Shown here: positions 14,464 to 18,689 of the stretch, piece by piece
How the letters are laid out: every line of letters starts with the position of its first letter
How positions within the stretch are numbered: the stretch's first letter is position 1
Source: a virus
Reading direction: 5' to 3' (one strand)
DNA: 18,689 nucleotides
Virus genome (UHGV): UHGV-2027706
Program-made: the position numbers and the translations under genes
The notes under the pieces: generated by a model
Told to the model about the DNA's origin: nothing
The model's input: the letters and a program-made list of their open reading frames with translations, nothing else
Databases searched by the model: none

Positions 14464-14904
14464 ATGAGGAAACTAACGTTTGAACTAAGAAGCCACGTCC
14501 ATCAGCAGAACGCCATTCAAGCCATCCAGCAAATCCTTCCAGACCCAACCAAACCAATCGTAGTAACCATTCAGGAGCGCAACCGCAGCTTAGACCAAAA
14601 TCGGAAGCTTTGGGCTTGTCTTGGTGACGTTTCGCGTCAGGTTGAATGGCATGGTCGCTGGCTGGATGCAGAAAGCTGGAAGTGTGTGTTTACCGCAGCA
14701 TTAAAGCAGCAGGACGTTGTTCCTAACCTTGCCGGGAATGGCTTTGTGGTAATAGGCCAGTCAACCAGCAGAATGCGTGTAAGCGAATTTGCGGAGCTAT
14801 TAGAGCTTATACAGGCATTCGGTACAGAGCGTGGCGTTAAGTGGTCAGACGAAGCGCGACTGGCTCTGGAGTGGAAAGCGAGATGGGGAGATCGGGCTGC
14901 ATGA
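14464..14904 (+). CDS. ninB: NinB recombination protein (146 aa)
   Basis: 146 aa, the size of lambda NinB; sequence MRKLTFELRSHVHQQNAIQAIQQILPDPTKPIVVTIQERNRSLDQNRKLWACLGD matches my memory of NinB; SD GGAG upstream. Confidence 0.85.
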   Translation: MRKLTFELRSHVHQQNAIQAIQQILPDPTKPIVVTIQERNRSLDQNRKLWACLGDVSRQVEWHGRWLDAESWKCVFTAALKQQDVVPNLAGNGFVVIGQSTSRMRVSEFAELLELIQAFGTERGVKWSDEARLALEWKARWGDRAA

Positions 14905-15428
14905 CTATCAAATCAAATACGCCGGCACACGACAAGGACTGCTGGCAAACGCCGCTTTGGCTTTTTGATGCACTGGATATTGAGTTTGGATTCTGGCTGG
15001 ATTCGGCAGCGAGCGACAAAAACGCTCTGTGTGCTCACTGGCTAACTGAGGCCGACGACGCGCTCAATTCTGAGTGGGTAAGCCACGGTGCAATCTGGAA
15101 TAACCCACCGTACAGCAATATCAGGCCGTGGGTGGAAAAAGCCGCTGAGCAGTGCATACAACAGCGACAGACGGTAGTGATGCTTGTGCCAGAGGATATG
15201 TCTGTCGGATGGTTCAGCAAGGCTCTGGAGAGTGTTGACGAAGTTCGCATTATCACTGATGGACGGATTAATTTTATCGAACCATCGACAGGGCTGGAGA
15301 AGAAGGGAAACAGCAAAGGCTCCATGCTGCTGATTTGGCGACCGTTCATCAGTCCTCGACGGATGTTTACTACCGTATCCAAAGCGGCATTGATGGCGAT
15401 CGGGCAGGGCGTCAGGAGGGCGGCATGA
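14901..15428 (+). CDS. Phage DNA N6-adenine methyltransferase (175 aa from ATG 14901)
   Basis: Catalytic NPPY motif ([11 protein letters not shown]) seen directly; ATG overlaps the NinB stop (ATGA). Confidence 0.8.
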   Translation: MTIKSNTPAHDKDCWQTPLWLFDALDIEFGFWLDSAASDKNALCAHWLTEADDALNSEWVSHGAIWNNPPYSNIRPWVEKAAEQCIQQRQTVVMLVPEDMSVGWFSKALESVDEVRIITDGRINFIEPSTGLEKKGNSKGSMLLIWRPFISPRRMFTTVSKAALMAIGQGVRRAA

Positions 15429-15601
15429 GGCGACAGCGACGAAGTATCACCGACATAATCTGCGAAAACTGCAAATACCTTCCAACGAAACGCTCCAGAA
15501 ATAAACGCAAGCCAATCCCAAAAGAATCTGACGTAAAAACCTTCAATTACACGGCTCACCTGTGGGATATCAGGTGGCTTAGACATCGTGCGAGGAAATG
15601 A
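15425..15601 (+). CDS. ninE: NinE-like protein (58 aa)
   Basis: [58 protein letters not shown]; size and position match lambda NinE; ATGA overlap with the upstream stop. Confidence 0.75.
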   Translation: MRRQRRSITDIICENCKYLPTKRSRNKRKPIPKESDVKTFNYTAHLWDIRWLRHRARK

Positions 15602-15963
15602 CAATGGATTATTCACAGTTAAGTGATTTTGAAATTAACGTGGCGGTATTCGAAGCTATTCATAACGGATCACCGGATTACAAAGAAGGTGAGAATGGCG
15701 ATATGGTGTTTGTCTCATTTGAGGGAGACATTGTAAACGGAGACGCAGTTGAAGTAGAAGTTGAGCGCGGTTCCTTTAACCCATGCGCAAACCCAGCAGA
15801 CGCATGGCCGATTATTGAAAAATACAGGATTAGCATTATCAATCTCGATGAAGACGAGTGGGGTGCACGCGGTGTGGCCTACTGTAAATCTAAGCGAGCT
15901 ATACATGAAAATCCCCTCCGCGCCGCCATGATTGTCTTTCTCATGATGCAGAGAATCCAATAA
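15598..15963 (+). CDS. NinX-like nin-region protein (121 aa)
   Basis: ATGA-coupled ORF in the nin cluster; family name from memory and position only. Confidence 0.6.
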   Translation: MTMDYSQLSDFEINVAVFEAIHNGSPDYKEGENGDMVFVSFEGDIVNGDAVEVEVERGSFNPCANPADAWPIIEKYRISIINLDEDEWGARGVAYCKSKRAIHENPLRAAMIVFLMMQRIQ

Positions 15964-16136
15964 TGCTTAGCCCATCCCAATCCATTCAATACCAGAAAGA
16001 AAGCGTCGAGCGAGCTTTAACGTGCGCTAACTGCGGTCATAAACTGCATGTGCTGGAAGTTCACGTGTGTGAGCACTGCTGTGCAGAGTTAATGGCAGAC
16101 CCTAACGGACAAATGCTGGAGGAAGATGATGAGTGA
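15963..16136 (+). CDS. ninF: NinF-like protein (57 aa; not in the ORF track)
   Basis: Translated by hand: [57 protein letters not shown]; Cys-rich, size equal to lambda NinF; TAATG overlap with the upstream stop. Confidence 0.7.
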   Translation: MLSPSQSIQYQKESVERALTCANCGHKLHVLEVHVCEHCCAELMADPNGQMLEEDDE

Positions 16137-16431
16137 GTTACGCGCAGGTGGCATCGCAATAGTCATTTTTTCAGAAAACAAACCCGAAATTGGCAGATGC
16201 GTTGAGTTAATCGAAAAAGTAACAAACGGATATGTATTTAATTTTCCTGGTGCAGGTAAGCATAGTTGGCGTGATGACACCCCTGGGTGGTTAGTTAAAG
16301 GCGATGTATCGATTTATACAAACGAGCCTTCAGGTGGTTTCTCTTATTTTTACAGTGATGAACTCATGCCAATCGACGGAGAAGACTTCTCTCACGAAGA
16401 TGAGCAACAGAAGGAGCTGGCAAATGGCTAA
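16126..16431 (+). CDS. Hypothetical nin-region protein (101 aa)
   Basis: Tandem ATG ATG start overlapping the NinF 3' end; protein-like composition. Confidence 0.55.
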   Translation: MMSELRAGGIAIVIFSENKPEIGRCVELIEKVTNGYVFNFPGAGKHSWRDDTPGWLVKGDVSIYTNEPSGGFSYFYSDELMPIDGEDFSHEDEQQKELANG

Positions 16432-16714
16432 CCTACGCAAAGAAGCACGCGGCAGAGAATGCCAGGTACGTATTTACGGCGTATGCAATGGCAACCCTGA
16501 AACTACAGTTCTGGCGCATTACCGGATGGCTGGAATTTGCGGAACTGGAATGAAGCCTGACGACCTGATCGGCGCATGGGCTTGTAGCGCGTGTCACGAT
16601 GAAATCGACCGACGCACCCATAACCTCGACAACAAAGACGCCAGACTTTACCACCTGGAAGGCGTGATCAGGACGCAGGCGATACTGCTGAAGGAGGGGA
16701 AGATTAAGCCATGA
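16424..16714 (+). CDS. YbcO-like putative nuclease (DUF1364-type, 96 aa from ATG 16424)
   Basis: MANLRKEARGRECQVRIYGVCNGNPETTVLAHYRMAGICGTGMKPDDLIGAWACSACHDEIDRRTH resembles the DLP12 prophage YbcO protein from memory; SD AAGGAG 7 nt upstream. Confidence 0.75.
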   Translation: MANLRKEARGRECQVRIYGVCNGNPETTVLAHYRMAGICGTGMKPDDLIGAWACSACHDEIDRRTHNLDNKDARLYHLEGVIRTQAILLKEGKIKP

Positions 16715-17073
16715 ACGAATATCAGTTTGTGCTTCCATACCCGCCGTCGGTGAACACCTACTGGCGAAGACGGGGAAGCCAATACTACATCAGCGATAAA
16801 GGCCAGAAATACCGAAAAGACGTTCAGCAAATCATCCGCCAACTCAAGTTAGACATTTTCACCAAATCACGACTCCGCATCAAAGTCATCGCAGACGTTC
16901 CAGACTCCCGCCGCCGCGACCTCGACAACATCCTGAAAGGTTTACTCGACTCCCTTATCCACGCCGGATTTGCGGAAGACGACGAGCAATTCGATGACAT
17001 TCGCGTAATTCGTGGTGTGAAAGTACCAGGCGGACGGCCTGGAATAAAAATCACCGAACTGGAGAACGCATGA
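16711..17073 (+). CDS. rusA: RusA Holliday-junction resolvase (120 aa)
   Basis: MNEYQFVLPYPPSVNTYWRRRG N-terminus and acidic motifs (DLDNILKGLLDSL, FAEDDEQFDDIRV) typical of RusA; ATGA coupling. Confidence 0.9.
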   Translation: MNEYQFVLPYPPSVNTYWRRRGSQYYISDKGQKYRKDVQQIIRQLKLDIFTKSRLRIKVIADVPDSRRRDLDNILKGLLDSLIHAGFAEDDEQFDDIRVIRGVKVPGGRPGIKITELENA

Positions 17074-17258
17074 ACGCCACAATTCAAACGATACCAGAGC
17101 TTCTTATCCAGACACGAGGCAATCAGACCGAAGTGGCGAGGATGCTTTCCTGCGCAAGAGGAACGGTGCTCAAGTACAACCGAGACAGCAAAGGTGAGCG
17201 TCACGTAATAGTTAACGGCGTCCTGATGGTCAAACAGGGCAAGAGGGGAAGACGATGA
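17070..17258 (+). CDS. ninH: NinH-like protein (62 aa)
   Basis: TIPELLIQTRGNQTEVARMLSCARGTVLKYNRDSKGERHVIVNGVLMV resembles lambda NinH from memory; position just before Q. Confidence 0.75.
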   Translation: MNATIQTIPELLIQTRGNQTEVARMLSCARGTVLKYNRDSKGERHVIVNGVLMVKQGKRGRR

Positions 17259-17878
17259 GACTCGAAAGCGTAGCTAAATTTCATTCGCCAAAAAGCCCGA
17301 TGATGAGCGACTCACCACGGGCTACGGCTTCTGACTCTCTTTCCGGTACTGATGTGATGGCTGCTATGGGGATGGCGCAATCACAAGCCGGATTCGGAAT
17401 GGCTGCATTCTGTGGTAAGCACGAACTCAGCCAGAACGACAAACAAAAGGCTATCAACTATCTGATGCAATTTGCACACAAGGTATCTGGGAAATACCGT
17501 GGTGTGGCAAAGCTCGAAGGAAATACTAAGGCAAAGGTGCTGCAAGTGCTCGCAACATTCGCTTATGCGGATTATTGCCGTAGTGCCGCGACGCCGGGCG
17601 CAAGATGCAGAGATTGCCACGGAACAGGCCGTGCGGTTGATATAGCAAAAACAGAGCAGTGGGGGAGAGTTGTTGAGAAAGAGTGCGGAAGATGCAAAGG
17701 AGTCGGCTATTCCAGGATGCCAGCAAGCGCCGCATATCGCGCTGTAACGATGCTAATCCCAAACCTTACTCAACCCACCTGGTCACGCACTGTTAAGCCG
17801 CTGTATGACGCTCTGGTGGTGCAATGCCACAAAGAAGAGTCAATCGCAGACAACATTTTGAATGCGGTCACACGTTAG
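17255..17878 (+). CDS. Q: Late-gene antiterminator Q (207 aa)
   Basis: Last early gene before the pR'/tR' element and lysis genes; two CxxC pairs (CRDCHGTG, CGRCKGVG) consistent with a zinc-binding Q protein. Confidence 0.8.
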   Translation: MRLESVAKFHSPKSPMMSDSPRATASDSLSGTDVMAAMGMAQSQAGFGMAAFCGKHELSQNDKQKAINYLMQFAHKVSGKYRGVAKLEGNTKAKVLQVLATFAYADYCRSAATPGARCRDCHGTGRAVDIAKTEQWGRVVEKECGRCKGVGYSRMPASAAYRAVTMLIPNLTQPTWSRTVKPLYDALVVQCHKEESIADNILNAVTR

Positions 17879-17920
17879 CAGCATGATTGCCACGGATGGC
17901 AACATATTAACGGCATGATA

Positions 17921-17949
17921 TTGACTTTTTGAATAAAGTTGGGTAAATT
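17921..17949 (+). promoter_or_regulatory. Late promoter pR' (with qut region downstream)
   Basis: TTGACT (17921-17926), 17 nt, TAAATT (17944-17949). Confidence 0.65.
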
Positions 17950-17984
17950 TGACCCAACGATGGATAAATGCACTCGTTAAATAA

Positions 17985-18020
17985 AGCCCTGAGTTAATAG
18001 CTCGGGGCTTTTTGCGTTTT
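17985..18020 (+). terminator. tR' intrinsic terminator
   Basis: AGCCCTGAG-ttaatag-CTCGGGGCT 9-bp stem (one G-U pair) followed by TTTTTGCGTTTT. Confidence 0.7.
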
Positions 18021-18156
18021 AAGCACGGCCTTTCTGAAAGCACATCAAACCAAATACCAGACAGACAAAAATAATCACCTTATCCGCTGTGGCTACGGTG
18101 CGGTGTGCTTTGCATAAAAGAAAACCAGCTCAATGGCTGGCTTCGTGAAAGCGGGT

Positions 18157-18194
18157 GGCAGGAGGTTGCGCTAACAACCTCCTGCCGTTTTGCT
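18157..18194 (+). terminator. Second strong hairpin with T-run between tR' and the holin
   Basis: GGCAGGAGGTTG-cgctaa-CAACCTCCTGCC perfect 12-bp stem (18157-18186) followed by GTTTTGCT. Confidence 0.5.
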
Positions 18195-18313
18195 CGTGCA
18201 TATCGGTCACGAACAAATCTGATTACTAAACACAGTAGCCTGGATTTGTTCTATCAGTAATCGACCTTATTCCTAATTAAATAGAGCAAATCCCCTCAAT
18301 GAAGGGGTAGAGC

Positions 18314-18517
18314 ATGTACCGTATGGACAAAATCAGAGAATGGTTCAGTTACAGCTTCGGAGGACTGACTGCGATGGGTGGCATTCTCTCCCTGAATGAC
18401 TGGGCTGTCATCATTGGTATTCTTTGTACTGTCGGCACATTTGGCATCAACTGGTACTACAAGCGCAAAGAGCGCGAGGACAGATTGAATGGCAATGTCA
18501 CCGGCACTACGAAATAG
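18314..18517 (+). CDS. Holin (67 aa) with dual-start motif
   Basis: MYRMDK start (Met1 and Met4 separated by a basic residue, as in lambda S); two hydrophobic segments and a charged C-terminus [10 protein letters not shown]; SD AAGGGG upstream. Confidence 0.7.
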   Translation: MYRMDKIREWFSYSFGGLTAMGGILSLNDWAVIIGILCTVGTFGINWYYKRKEREDRLNGNVTGTTK

Positions 18518-18689
18518 CGTAATAGCGGCGATAAGTGGCGGGGCTATTGCTATAGCATCTGTGTTAATCACTGGACCAAGTGGTAACGATGGTCTGGAAG
18601 GTGTCAGCTACATACCATACAAAGATATTGTTGGTGTATGGACTGTATGTCACGGACACACCGGAAAAGACATCATGCTCGGTAAAACG
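18489..18689 (+). CDS. SAR-type endolysin (phage-21 R-like lysozyme), 3'-truncated by the window end
   Basis: Translated by hand from ATG 18489: [67 protein letters not shown]; signal-anchor-release N-terminus followed by the lysozyme catalytic region, as I recall phage 21 R; no stop within the window. Confidence 0.8.
   Translation, partial: MAMSPALRNSVIAAISGGAIAIASVLITGPSGNDGLEGVSYIPYKDIVGVWTVCHGHTGKDIMLGKT

Noticed and set aside
14837-15616. Minus-strand ORFs 14837..15019 and 15035..15616 (193 aa)
   Set aside because: Antisense to the methyltransferase and NinE genes; the methyltransferase carries the NPPY motif on the plus strand.
16089-17762. Minus-strand ORFs in the nin/Q region (16089..16280, 16433..16738, 16648..16842, 16824..17204, 17381..17620, 17526..17762)
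   Set aside because: All antisense to ATGA-coupled plus-strand genes with recognisable products.
17879-18313. Toxin (stx-like) or tRNA cargo between Q and the lysis genes
   Set aside because: The interval is only about 430 bp including pR'/tR' and contains no ORF of useful length or tRNA-like cloverleaf.
18296-18571. 91-aa minus-strand ORF over the holin
   Set aside because: Antisense to the holin and endolysin start; lysis genes are on the plus strand downstream of pR'.

Overview
This window is the early/regulatory half of a lambdoid prophage (a lambda / P22 / phage-21 mosaic), read directly from the sequence and the ORF track; no database search was run, so all family names rest on motifs and on my memory of the lambda and P22 proteins. 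From left to right: int and xis (minus strand); a self-contained AntA-type antirepressor unit with a structured leader and its own terminator; a 10-N assembly gap; the leftward pL operon (Ea22-like and small unknown genes, SSB, Erf-family annealing protein, kil- and cIII-like genes, a long E/A/R/K-rich gene that appears split by a frameshift, a Ral-like gene, and a P22-type N with matching nutL); the immunity region (pL, a ClpP/SppA-fold protease-like gene with a small overlapped ORF sitting where lambda has rexAB, cI, the cI-cro operator interval, cro, nutR, cII); replication genes (O-like initiator with internal iterons, DnaB-like helicase); the nin region (NinB, Dam-type methyltransferase, NinE/X/F, YbcO-like, RusA, NinH); Q, pR' and tR'; and the start of a lysis cassette (dual-start holin, 3'-truncated SAR-type endolysin). 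The most interesting candidate for an undescribed system is the protease-like gene plus small partner ORF at the rexAB-equivalent locus. Most other ORF-track entries are antisense shadows of these genes. No CRISPR array, tRNA or rRNA was found.
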